A DNA stretch of 64,000 bases. It comes from an uncultured delta proteobacterium. Lineage in GTDB: Bacteria; Myxococcota; Myxococcia; Myxococcales; Anaeromyxobacteraceae. How positions within the stretch are numbered: position 1 is the first letter of the stretch; every line of letters begins with the position of its first letter. Positions 41,123 through 51,460 of this stretch are shown here, in pieces. The DNA is taken from positions 1 through 64,000 of the forward strand of contig CAWJSR010000029.1 of NCBI GenBank assembly GCA_963845515.1, in the 5' to 3' direction. A program made the position numbers and the translations under genes. The notes beneath the pieces are model-generated. The model saw only the letters and a program-made list of their open reading frames with translations. It searched no databases and was not told the DNA's origin.

Positions 41123-43290
41123 GCTCCGGCGGCCTCACGGGGACGAGGCGAACGATCCCGGGGGCGGGCCGCGAGCGCCGCCAGCCGGTCGACGTTCAGG
41201 ATGAGCCCTACGCGGCCGTCCGAGAGGATCGCGGCGCCGGAGAGGTACTCGGTGTCGCCGATCCCTGCGCCGAGCGGCTTGATCACCACCTGCTGCTGGG
41301 AGACTACGTCGTCCACCACGAGCCCGACCTTGCGCCCGAGCCCCTCGACGACCACCACGTGGGCCTCGGTGGGATCCCGCTCGGGCCCCTCCATCTCGAG
41401 GAGCCGGTGGAGCCGCAGGAGCGGCAGGAACTCGCCGCGGACGTTGATGAGCTCCCCCTTGCCGGCCATCACCGCCACCATGTCGGCGGTGGGGCGCAGC
41501 GACTCCACGATGGCGAGGCTGGGGATGATGTACTTCTCCCGGCCGCTGGCGACGAGCATCCCGTCGATGATCGCGAGGGTCAGCGGCAGCACCATCCGGA
41601 GCGTGGTCCCCTTCCCCGGAGCCGACACCACCGCGACGCGCCCGCGCATCCCCTCGACGTTTCGCTTCACCACGTCCATGCCGACGCCGCGCCCGGAGAT
41701 CTCGGTGACCTCCTGCGCCGTCGAGAAGCCCGGCAGGAAGAGCAGGTTGAAGATCTCCGTGTCGTTGAGGTCCGCTTCGGGGTCGACGAGCCCCTTCTGC
41801 CGCGCCAGCGTCAGGATGGCCTCCCGCTGGAGGCCGCGCCCGTCGTCCGAGAGCTCCACCACGATGCTGCCGCCCTCGTGGTACGCGGCCAGCCGCAGCG
41901 TCGCCCGCACTGCCTTCCCGGCGGCCTTCCGCTCGGCCGCGCTCTCGACGCCGTGGTCGATGGCGTTCCGGACCAGGTGGACGAGCGGCTCCTCGATCCG
42001 CTCGACCATGCTCCGGTCCATCTCGGTCTCCTCGCCGGACATCTCGACGACGACGTCCTTGCCCGTCTTCCGGGACAGGTCCCGGGCGAGGCGCGCCATC
42101 TTCTGGAACGCGCTGCGGACGGGCACCATGCGCATCCGCATGGCGAGGTTCTGCAGGTCGCGGCTGATCTTGTTGAGCTGGTTGAGGTAGTTGCGGAGCT
42201 TCAGCGAGCCGAGGGAGGTCACCTCGGGCGAGTAGATGATCATCGACTCGACGATGATGAGCTCGCCGATCATCTCGACCATCGAGTCGACGCGCTCCAG
42301 ATCGACCTTCACCGTCTCCCGGATCTGGGCGAACACGTCCTTCTGGGCACCCCGCGCCGCGTCGGTCCTGGCCGCCTGCGCAGGGTCCTCCTCGGCGGCC
42401 GGGGCGGGTGGCGCAGGCAGCGCCGGCGCCGGCGCAGGGAGCTGCGGACCCGGCAGCGTGGCCCCGGCTCCGGTGCCCGCCGCCACGCCCTTCGGCTTGC
42501 GGAGCACGTACTCCTTCTTGCGCGCCGGCTCCGCTGGCGCCTTGGGCGCCGCCTTGCGGACGACGAACTCCTTCGCGGGCCTCTCCGCTACATCCGGGAG
42601 AATCCCTGCCGCGCCGAGCCCGGCCGCCCGGTCGATCCTCTCAGCGAGCGCCGCGACCTCCGGATCGATCGGGACCGCCAGGCTGGCGTCCACCACGCGG
42701 TGCAGCTCGTCGAGCTGCCTGCGCAGGAGCGCCGTCGCGTCGAAGACGACGTCGAACGCCTCGCCGTCGAGGTCGATCTGCTTCTCCCGCGCGAGGTTCA
42801 GCAGCCCCTCGGTGGCGTGCGAGAGCGAGACGATCTCCGGGAGCTCGAGGAAGCCGGCGACCCCCTTGATGGTGTGGAAGACCCTGAAGAGCGCGTGCAC
42901 CTTCGCGGGATCGGGGCCGCCCTTCTCGATGGCGAGGAGCAGCTCATCCGCGCGCGTCAGCGCCTCGGTCGACTCCTCGATGAAGTCCCCGATGAGGTCG
43001 ATGGTCTCGGCGTCGCGGTCGACGCGGCCGGTCGTCGGTGGCGCGGACCTGGGCTCGCCGTCGAGGAGGTGGCCGAGCTCCACGAGCGCGGCCGCCGCAG
43101 CGTCGGCGCTGGCGAGCCTGGCGAGGAGCCCGTCGGCGGCCGCCGCGAGCCCGGCCGGCATCGACTCGACGAGCCTGGCTGCCTCCAGCGCCTCGCGCAC
43201 CGCCGTGAGCGAGCGAACGTCGCCTGCGTCGGCCTCGACCACGGCCGCGGCCAGCGCCGCCATCGCCTCATCAGCCCTCGGGTTTCCCAT
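41119..43290 (-). CDS. cheA: Chemotaxis histidine kinase CheA
   Basis: FRVFHTIKG (HPt), HLVRNAIDHG, DDGRG, PGFSTA...SGRGVGMDVV, LPLTLAI, CheW-like domain. Confidence 0.97.
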   Translation of the reverse strand: MGNPRADEAMAALAAAVVEADAGDVRSLTAVREALEAARLVESMPAGLAAAADGLLARLASADAAAAALVELGHLLDGEPRSAPPTTGRVDRDAETIDLIGDFIEESTEALTRADELLLAIEKGGPDPAKVHALFRVFHTIKGVAGFLELPEIVSLSHATEGLLNLAREKQIDLDGEAFDVVFDATALLRRQLDELHRVVDASLAVPIDPEVAALAERIDRAAGLGAAGILPDVAERPAKEFVVRKAAPKAPAEPARKKEYVLRKPKGVAAGTGAGATLPGPQLPAPAPALPAPPAPAAEEDPAQAARTDAARGAQKDVFAQIRETVKVDLERVDSMVEMIGELIIVESMIIYSPEVTSLGSLKLRNYLNQLNKISRDLQNLAMRMRMVPVRSAFQKMARLARDLSRKTGKDVVVEMSGEETEMDRSMVERIEEPLVHLVRNAIDHGVESAAERKAAGKAVRATLRLAAYHEGGSIVVELSDDGRGLQREAILTLARQKGLVDPEADLNDTEIFNLLFLPGFSTAQEVTEISGRGVGMDVVKRNVEGMRGRVAVVSAPGKGTTLRMVLPLTLAIIDGMLVASGREKYIIPSLAIVESLRPTADMVAVMAGKGELINVRGEFLPLLRLHRLLEMEGPERDPTEAHVVVVEGLGRKVGLVVDDVVSQQQVVIKPLGAGIGDTEYLSGAAILSDGRVGLILNVDRLAALAARPRDRSPRPREAAGA

Positions 43291-43415
43291 CTCGCCCCGC
43301 CTCCGTCATCGCGCGCCAGCCGCTGGCTGGTAGCGCTCCCCCCTCGGCGACCCAGCATACACCAGCGTCCTACCCTGCCCGGTCCCGCCCTTCCAGACCC
43401 GACACCGACACCGTC

Positions 43416-43943
43416 CTACCCGACGCGCCGCCGCCGCGGCCGGCGACGCACGCGCTCCGCGAGCAGGAGCGCCAGCGCGCCGACGTCGTCGGCGTCGAAG
43501 GTCGGGAGCCGCCGCGGCGGCGGCTCGTCGGTGACGATCGCGACGACGCCGCGATCGTCTGCGCAGAGGAACTCCCGGCTCACGCTTCGCCGGTGGACCT
43601 CGACGCGCGGCAACCGCTCGACCTTGAACCCCTCCGCGAGCACCAGATCGACGGGCGGCAGCGTGCGCGCGAGCGCCCGCGCCCCCGGGATCGGCGGACC
43701 GAACCATGCCGTCTCGGCCGGCCCCGTGATGGCCGCCGCCACGGCGCCGGCCCGGCGCACGACCTCGGTGTCCTTCCCCGGCACGTCGAAGCCGTGCCTG
43801 TGACCGCTGTGCTTGACCACGCCGACCCGGAGCCCCAGCTCGACGAGCCGCGGGATGAGGAGCGAGATCAGCCGGGTCTTACCAGCGCCGCTCGGTCCCG
43901 AGATCGCGATGATCGGCGCTAGGCGTCGTCGTCGAGGAGCCAC
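43416..43943 (-). CDS. mobB: Molybdopterin-guanine dinucleotide biosynthesis protein MobB
   Basis: GPSGAGKT, VGVVKH...FDVPGKDT, DLVLAEGFK. Confidence 0.92.
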   Translation of the reverse strand: MAPRRRRLAPIIAISGPSGAGKTRLISLLIPRLVELGLRVGVVKHSGHRHGFDVPGKDTEVVRRAGAVAAAITGPAETAWFGPPIPGARALARTLPPVDLVLAEGFKVERLPRVEVHRRSVSREFLCADDRGVVAIVTDEPPPRRLPTFDADDVGALALLLAERVRRRPRRRRVG

Positions 43944-45085
43944 GCCTCCACCTCCGATCCCTCCGGGAGCTCACCGGCGTCCTCGGGGACGAGGAGCAGC
44001 GCGTCGGCGAGCGCGGGCCCCCGCACCTGGGCCGAGTCGCGCCCGAGCGCCCGCGCGCGCCCTCCAGGCTCGAGGCGCGCCCACAGGAAGCGGGCCCGAC
44101 CCGGCTTGCCGGAGGCCGGCGCGGAGAGCACCACGCGAAGCGCCCTGCGGGCGGTGCTGCCCGCCCCTGCGAGCCTCAGGATCGCGGGGCGCGCGAAGAC
44201 CTCCAGCGCGACGAGGCACGCGGAAGGGCTGCCGGGGAGCCCCAGGATCGGCGTCCTTCCTGCGAGCGCGAAGAGGAAGGGCTTCCCGGGCTTCATGGGG
44301 ACGCCGTGGACCCGCTTCTCGCCGCCGACGCGCGCGACCGCAGCGGCGACGTGGTCCCGTTCGCCGACCGAGACCCCACCGATGGTCACGACCGCGTCCG
44401 CGTTCGCCAGCCCGTTGGCGAGCTCCTCGGCGAGCAGCTCGACCCGGTCCCCGACCGCGCGCGTCTCGACCAGCGCACCCGCAGCGCGCAGCACGCCCGC
44501 TACCGCCGGGCCGTTCGAGTCGGGGACGCGGCCACCGACGATCTCCTCGCCCGAGGAGATCACCACGACCCGTGGGCGGCGCCGGACGACGACGTGCTCC
44601 ACTCCGACCGACACCAGCAGCGCCAGCTGCCGAGGGCCGAGCCTGGTCCCCTCCTGCAGCGCGAGCGCCCCCTGCACCAGGTCCTCTCCCGCTCGCCTGA
44701 CGTTCTCGCCGGGCCCGACCGCTCGCTCCACGCGCGCGAGCTCGCCGGAGACCGTGACGACCTCCTGCATCACGACCGCGTCGGCGCCCGGCGGCAGCGG
44801 GGCGCCGGTGAAGATCCGGACGGCCTCACCCTCGCCTAGGGGTCGGGCAGCCTCGTCGCCGGCATAGGTCGTCTCGACCACGCGGAGGGAAGCACCCTCG
44901 TGCGCGCCGGCAGCGCGGACCGCGAAGCCATCCATCGCGGCGCAGGCGTACGGCGGGCTCGCCACGCGAGCGAGGACGTCGGCGGCCAGGAAGCGGCCGG
45001 ACGCGCCGTCGAGCGTGACCTCCTCGGAGGGCAGCGGCGCAACCGCTCGAAGCACGTCGTCCCGCACCGAGAGGATTCGCTCCAT
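43919..45085 (-). CDS. moeA: Molybdopterin molybdenumtransferase MoeA
   Basis: AMDGFA, RIFTGAPLPPGADAVVMQE, NVRRAGED, GGVSVGERD, MKPGKP, LPGSP. Confidence 0.95.
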   Translation of the reverse strand: MERILSVRDDVLRAVAPLPSEEVTLDGASGRFLAADVLARVASPPYACAAMDGFAVRAAGAHEGASLRVVETTYAGDEAARPLGEGEAVRIFTGAPLPPGADAVVMQEVVTVSGELARVERAVGPGENVRRAGEDLVQGALALQEGTRLGPRQLALLVSVGVEHVVVRRRPRVVVISSGEEIVGGRVPDSNGPAVAGVLRAAGALVETRAVGDRVELLAEELANGLANADAVVTIGGVSVGERDHVAAAVARVGGEKRVHGVPMKPGKPFLFALAGRTPILGLPGSPSACLVALEVFARPAILRLAGAGSTARRALRVVLSAPASGKPGRARFLWARLEPGGRARALGRDSAQVRGPALADALLLVPEDAGELPEGSEVEAWLLDDDA

Positions 45086-45154
45086 CGGGGCGCGATCATG
45101 CCACTTTTGGGCCGGAGGCCAAGCTTCCCGCTGAGGTTTCGATGCCTTGCGCGC

Positions 45155-45168
45155 TTGATCTAGGCCAA
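45155..45168. promoter_or_regulatory. Putative FNR-type box
   Basis: TTGATctagGCCAA vs consensus TTGAT-N4-ATCAA (8/10), upstream of the Crp/Fnr gene and divergent moeA. Confidence 0.5.
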
Positions 45169-45202
45169 CCCCCGACCTGTGCTGTATCATTTCGCCAACC
45201 AC

Positions 45203-45859
45203 ATGCTCTCCAACCAGCCCGTGACAGACTGCAGCGCCTGCGGACTCGGGATCGCCTCGCAGGGACGCTGCCGGCTCACGCCGACCTCGAGGGAGTCTGG
45301 CTCAACCATCTGCGCGCAGGGCGAGCGCCCCCGCACCGTCTACTTCATCAAGGAGGGCTTCGTCGCCCTCTCCGCCGTGAGCACCCGCGGCGCCGAGCTG
45401 GTGCTGACGCTGCGCGGGCCGTCGTCGCTGCTCTGCACCGAGTCGCTCCAGGGCGAGGCGTCGCCTTACGAGGTCCGCGCGCTTTCCCGGGTCAAGGTCT
45501 GCGGCATCTCCGGCGACGGCCTGGCACAGTGGATCGGCCCCGAGCGGAGCGCCGCGCGGGTCGTCCTGGATCTGATCCTCAGCGAGTCGCGCCAGCAGCG
45601 CGACGAGGTGAACTGGCGCCAGGGAGACTGTCTCTCGCGCGTCGCGCGCTTCGCGCTCGCCCACGCCCGCTTCCTCGCCGAGCGCCCCAACGCCGTGCGC
45701 AAGCAGGTCGTCGCGCGCCTCCTGGGGATGCGCCCGGAGACGCTCTCGCGCTGCCTGACCCGGCTGGAGGCCGACGGCGTAGTCGACGCCTCGCGCGGCG
45801 TCAGGGTGCTCGACGCGCGCCGTCTCGCCGCCATCGCGATGGAAGACAGCGGTGGCTGA
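45203..45859 (+). CDS. Crp/Fnr family regulator with N-terminal Cys cluster (FNR-like)
   Basis: DCSACGLGIASQGRC, cNMP-like barrel, helix-turn-helix LLGMRPETLSR. Alternative GTG start at 45179. Confidence 0.88.
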   Translation: MLSNQPVTDCSACGLGIASQGRCRLTPTSRESGSTICAQGERPRTVYFIKEGFVALSAVSTRGAELVLTLRGPSSLLCTESLQGEASPYEVRALSRVKVCGISGDGLAQWIGPERSAARVVLDLILSESRQQRDEVNWRQGDCLSRVARFALAHARFLAERPNAVRKQVVARLLGMRPETLSRCLTRLEADGVVDASRGVRVLDARRLAAIAMEDSGG

Positions 45860-45904
45860 TTGAGCTATTAAGGGCGCGCACCGTCGTCCGGAAGGAATCA
45901 GCCA

Positions 45905-46114
45905 ATGCCCAGACTTGGAATGGGTGAGCTCCTAGTCATCCTCATCATCGTGATCGTCCTCTTCGGCGCGAGCAGGCTGCCTCAGCTTGGCGCGGGCCTC
46001 GGACAGGGCATCCGCAGCTTCAAGAAGGCGCTCGGCGGCGGCGACGACGAGAAGGACGAGGGTCAGAAGCCCGGCTCCGAAGGCACAAGCCAGAAGCCGG
46101 ACCCCAAGCCTTAG
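45905..46114 (+). CDS. tatA: Twin-arginine translocase TatA/E
   Basis: [39 protein letters not shown]. Confidence 0.95.
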   Translation: MPRLGMGELLVILIIVIVLFGASRLPQLGAGLGQGIRSFKKALGGGDDEKDEGQKPGSEGTSQKPDPKP

Positions 46115-46228
46115 CTTCACGCCCGATCGGCGCCCCAGCCGGGGCCGCCGCGGCAAGTCACCGCACTTCCACATCGTGAGTCGGATGCGCTTACGTAGGG
46201 GCGCCCTTTCGCACGTGTGGATGGCACC

Positions 46229-46540
46229 ATGGCCTTTTCGATCGATCAGCTCGAGTCGGGGGACCTTCATCTGACGGTCGGAAGCGACTTCGGGCCGGAG
46301 GACGCCTGGCAGATCCACGACCTGCTCAGCCGGTCCCTGGCCGGAACACACGTCGAGCTGGACTTCCGCCGTGTTCGCGAGTGCCACGACTTCGCCCTGT
46401 CGCTCCTGGCCAGAGACATCGTGACTGGGCGGACGCCGATCGAACTTCATGGCCTCTCCCAACACCAGGAGCGCGTGCTCTCGTACTTCGGAGTCGCGGT
46501 CGGGGCCCCTGAGGCCATCGCCGACTCCGACCCCATCTGA
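46229..46540 (+). CDS. Hypothetical STAS-like protein
   Basis: VELDFRRVRECHDFALSLLA...IELHGLSQHQERVLSYFG resembles the STAS fold pattern. Confidence 0.65.
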   Translation: MAFSIDQLESGDLHLTVGSDFGPEDAWQIHDLLSRSLAGTHVELDFRRVRECHDFALSLLARDIVTGRTPIELHGLSQHQERVLSYFGVAVGAPEAIADSDPI

Positions 46541-46542
46541 GA

Positions 46543-46563
46543 CGCGCCGGTTTCACCGGCGCG
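46543..46563 (+). terminator. GC-rich hairpin after a stop codon (possible terminator, no U-tract)
   Basis: cgcgccggt-ttc-accggcgcg, 9-bp stem. Confidence 0.35.
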
Positions 46564-46705
46564 GCGCCCGGCTCGCACCGGCCCGGGAGAACGAGCGCGT
46601 CCCTAATTTCCGTTTCCGCGCGCCTGCGCGCAGGCGGAGCTTGCGATCCGCTTACGTGCGCTCCAACATTGAGGCGATCCTGCGAGTCCACTCCTGGAGG
46701 ATGGA

Positions 46706-47128
46706 ATGAAGCGGATACTGGTGGCCATCGACGGTTCCGACCCTTCGCTCAAGGCGGCGCGGATGGCGGCCGACATCGCGCTCCGCTTCGGCGCCCAACT
46801 GACGCTGGTGCACGTCGTCCCGAAGCTCCTGCTACCACCGGACGTCTACGGGCTCACGCTCGCCGAGGTCGAGAAGGAGCACCAGGCGTACGCCGAGACC
46901 CTGCTCCAGAAGGCCGTCTCCTTCCTCGCGGAGCCTGGCGTCGACACCACGAGCACCATCCTCTACGGCTCGCCGGCGGAGTCGATCGCGGAGGAGGCCG
47001 CGGCGCCCGACGTCGGGATGGTGGTCGTGGGCAGCCGCGGCCACGGGGCGGTGGCGCGAGTCTTCCTCGGCAGCGTCTCCGACCGCATCGTCCACATCAG
47101 CCCCAAGCCGGTCCTGGTGGTCCACTGA
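46706..47128 (+). CDS. Universal stress protein
   Basis: KRILVAIDGS, VVGSRGHG...FLGSVS...PVLVV. Confidence 0.95.
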   Translation: MKRILVAIDGSDPSLKAARMAADIALRFGAQLTLVHVVPKLLLPPDVYGLTLAEVEKEHQAYAETLLQKAVSFLAEPGVDTTSTILYGSPAESIAEEAAAPDVGMVVVGSRGHGAVARVFLGSVSDRIVHISPKPVLVVH

Positions 47129-48252
47129 TCGCCAACGCAGCTCCTCCGAGAACCGCTCGCGTCATCGTCGTCGCTGACACCTCCGACGCGAACGACACCG
47201 TGGCCAGCGCGCTGGGCGACGCCGGCTTCAAGGTGCGCTCGGCTCGAACCGCCGCCGAGGCGCTCGAGGCTGCACGCGCGGGCTTCGACGTGGCGCTGGT
47301 CGGCCTCTCCCTGCCGGACGGCGACGGCGCCACCCTCGGCCCCCGGCTCAAGGCGCAGTCGCTGGACGGCGAGATCATCCTCATGAGCCGCGACGACTCG
47401 CTGGGCGCGGCGCTCACCGCCATGCGCGCCGGCGCGTGCTCGTTCGTGGTGCGTCCCACCGCCTCGCCGGAGCTCCTCGTCACGGTCGAGCAGGCGCTGC
47501 GCCAGGCCCGCCTCCATGCGGAGGCGCGGGACCTGGCGCGCCGGGCCCAGGTCGCCGAGAAGCTCGCGACCGTCGGGACGATGACGGCCGGCCTCTCACA
47601 CGAGATCCGCAACCCGCTCAACGCCGCGTCGCTGCAGCTCCAGGTGCTGGAGCGCCGGATCCAGAAGCTCCCGAAGGAGACGCAGGGCGCGCTGCTCGAG
47701 CCGCTCCACCTCGTCCGCGACGAGATCAAGCGGCTCAACCAGGTGCTCGAGGACTTCCTGCAGCTCGCCCGCCCGCGGGAGCTCGCGCCAGCCGAGCTGG
47801 ACCTCCGGGCAGTCGTGGATCGCGTCCTCGACTTCCTCGGCGGCGAGCTGGAGCGGCGGGTGCTGAAGCTGGAGCGGGACCTTCCCGAGGGGCTTCCACC
47901 GGTCGCCGGCGAGGAGGGAAGGCTCCGCCAGGTGGTCGTGAACCTGCTGCTGAACGCCTTCGACGCGACTCCGGCCGGCGGCACGATCCGCGTCTCCACG
48001 CGGCTCGCCGGCGGCGGCCGCCCCGGCGACGAGGGGCCGATCGCCCTGGTGGTGGAGGACAGCGGGGGAGGCATCGCCCCGGCGGCCCGAGAGAAGATCT
48101 TCGAGCCCTTCTTCACGACCAAGGGGCAGGGCTCGGGGCTCGGCCTCTCGATCGTCCAGGGGGTCGTGGCCCAGCACGGCGGCTCCATCACGGTCGGCGC
48201 GTCGCCGCTCGGGGGCGCCCGCTTCGTGGTCGAGCTGCCGCGCTGGAAGTGA
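47125..48252 (+). CDS. Histidine kinase with N-terminal (pseudo)receiver domain; start uncertain
   Basis: AGLSHEIRNPL, QVVVNLLLNA, EDSGGG, FEPFFTTK..GSGLGL. Confidence 0.88.
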   Translation: MIANAAPPRTARVIVVADTSDANDTVASALGDAGFKVRSARTAAEALEAARAGFDVALVGLSLPDGDGATLGPRLKAQSLDGEIILMSRDDSLGAALTAMRAGACSFVVRPTASPELLVTVEQALRQARLHAEARDLARRAQVAEKLATVGTMTAGLSHEIRNPLNAASLQLQVLERRIQKLPKETQGALLEPLHLVRDEIKRLNQVLEDFLQLARPRELAPAELDLRAVVDRVLDFLGGELERRVLKLERDLPEGLPPVAGEEGRLRQVVVNLLLNAFDATPAGGTIRVSTRLAGGGRPGDEGPIALVVEDSGGGIAPAAREKIFEPFFTTKGQGSGLGLSIVQGVVAQHGGSITVGASPLGGARFVVELPRWK

Positions 48253-48308
48253 CGCAGCGGGCGCGGGTCGCCCCAACGCATCGGGCGACGGCGGCTCGCC
48301 AGATCCCG

Positions 48309-49754
<1,446 letters not shown>

Positions 49755-49973
49755 GAACCTGAATGCCCTGTCTGGTATACGCAAACCCTGCGGATGGCCC
49801 GCAGATAATGCACACGAACCCGCCTTGGGTCCAGATCAATCGTTCGAGCGCAACCCTTCAGAGACAAAGGGGGTCCTGGCCCCGCCGGCAGATTGCGCGC
49901 CGGCAGAAGAGCAGGCGTTGATTGTGCGCTGCGTGACAACGCGCCGCGCCACCCCTGCACCACTTTGGGGCCC

Positions 49974-50630
49974 CTACCCCACCCCGTCGATCCGGCCAAG
50001 CCGGTCGTACGGTCGCCACCTGAAACGCGCCCCGAGCCCCTCGGCAACCCGGCGACAGTCTTCCTCGGAGAGTCCAGGGAGCGCCACGCAGCTCGCTGCA
50101 ACCTCGCGGATGGAAGCGCTGGCGCTGCGGATGAACTCCTTCACCGCCGGGTAGGCGCTCTCGCCATGGCGGCTCGGGCAGACCCGTGAGTAGGTCGCCG
50201 CGTCCGCGGCGTTGAGCGACACGGAGATCGCGTCGAGGCCGGCGGCGGCGAGCTCCGGCGGGATGTCGCGCCCCTCGCGAAGGCTGGCGAGGCCATCGGT
50301 GTCGATCCGGACCCGGCCGACCCCGGCAACCTTGAGCCTCCGGATCAGGTCCAGGACGACCTCCAGGCGGCGCGTCGGCTCGCCGAAGCCGGTGAAGACC
50401 ACCTCCGAGCGCCCCGCGATGCCGACGTCGAGCGCTGCCTTCCAGACCTCGTCGGCCGTCGGATTCTCGCGAAGCCTGAGATCGAAGCCTCCGAGCGTGA
50501 AGTCGCCATCACGGATCTTCGGGCAGAAGACGCACGCTAGCGTGCAGCTGCTCGTCACGTTGAGGTAGAGGGCATCGCCCAACGGATAGGCGAGGACGGG
50601 GGCGCTGAGGGGCTGTTCAGGGGCGTTCAC
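49974..50630 (-). CDS. TatD-associated radical SAM protein
   Basis: LYLNVTSSCTLACVFC (CxxxCxxC), EVVFTGFGEPT, SVSLNA. Confidence 0.85.
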   Translation of the reverse strand: MNAPEQPLSAPVLAYPLGDALYLNVTSSCTLACVFCPKIRDGDFTLGGFDLRLRENPTADEVWKAALDVGIAGRSEVVFTGFGEPTRRLEVVLDLIRRLKVAGVGRVRIDTDGLASLREGRDIPPELAAAGLDAISVSLNAADAATYSRVCPSRHGESAYPAVKEFIRSASASIREVAASCVALPGLSEEDCRRVAEGLGARFRWRPYDRLGRIDGVG

Positions 50631-50754
50631 CGGCGGTCGTTTGATAGCGCAAGGGCGCGCCGCGCGCCACCCCAGGGTACCAACGTTCGCTGGCAGGAGC
50701 CTCCGCCAGGGTCATGGGGTGCAGCACCGCGATGGCCGGGGCTATCCTGACGCC

Positions 50755-51402
50755 ATGTGTGGTCGTTTCACGCTCACCACCACCGACCTCGGCGGCCTCG
50801 CGCGCGAGCTGCGGGCCGAGCTCGACCCGGCCTTCAAGCGCCCGTGGCGCCCGCGCTTCAACGTGGCCCCAGGGGACGCCCACATCGTCCTGCGCGCCGA
50901 GGGGGGCGGGCGAAGGCTGGTGGAGGCGAGCTTCGGCTTCGCGTCCGGGACCGGCAGGACGATCAACGCCCGCGCCGAGTCCGCGGAGCGAAGGCCCACC
51001 TTCCGCGAGGAGTGGCGCGCTCGCCGCTGCGCCGTCCCCGCCGACGGCTTCTACGAGTGGAGCGGCCCCGCGAACGGGCGCCGCCCGGCCTGGCTCCACC
51101 GCCCGGACGGGCGGCCGCTCCTCTTCGCCGCCCTCTGGCGGCCGTCGACGACGGGTTCGCGTGAGTTCGTGATCGTCACCGTCGACGCCAACGCCGACGT
51201 GCGGGCAATACACGATCGGATGCCGGCCATCCTGGCCGACGGCGCGCTCGATGCCTGGCTCGACGGCGCCGATCCCCCTGCCCTCGCGCCCGAGGGCACG
51301 CTCGCCGCCCGCCCAGTGTCCCAGCGGGTCAACTCGGTGAAGAACGACGACCCGGCCTGCCTCGACGCACCTCTCCTGGATCCCCAGTTGCCGCTGCTGT
51401 GA
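50755..51402 (+). CDS. SOS response-associated peptidase (SRAP/HMCES family)
   Basis: MCGRF, RFNVAP, INARAES, PADGFYEW, IHDRMPAIL. Confidence 0.95.
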   Translation: MCGRFTLTTTDLGGLARELRAELDPAFKRPWRPRFNVAPGDAHIVLRAEGGGRRLVEASFGFASGTGRTINARAESAERRPTFREEWRARRCAVPADGFYEWSGPANGRRPAWLHRPDGRPLLFAALWRPSTTGSREFVIVTVDANADVRAIHDRMPAILADGALDAWLDGADPPALAPEGTLAARPVSQRVNSVKNDDPACLDAPLLDPQLPLL

Positions 51403-51460
51403 CTCGGCCCCATCTGCGACATCGTGCAAAGCGGTAAACGGCTCATTATGAAGAGCCGTA

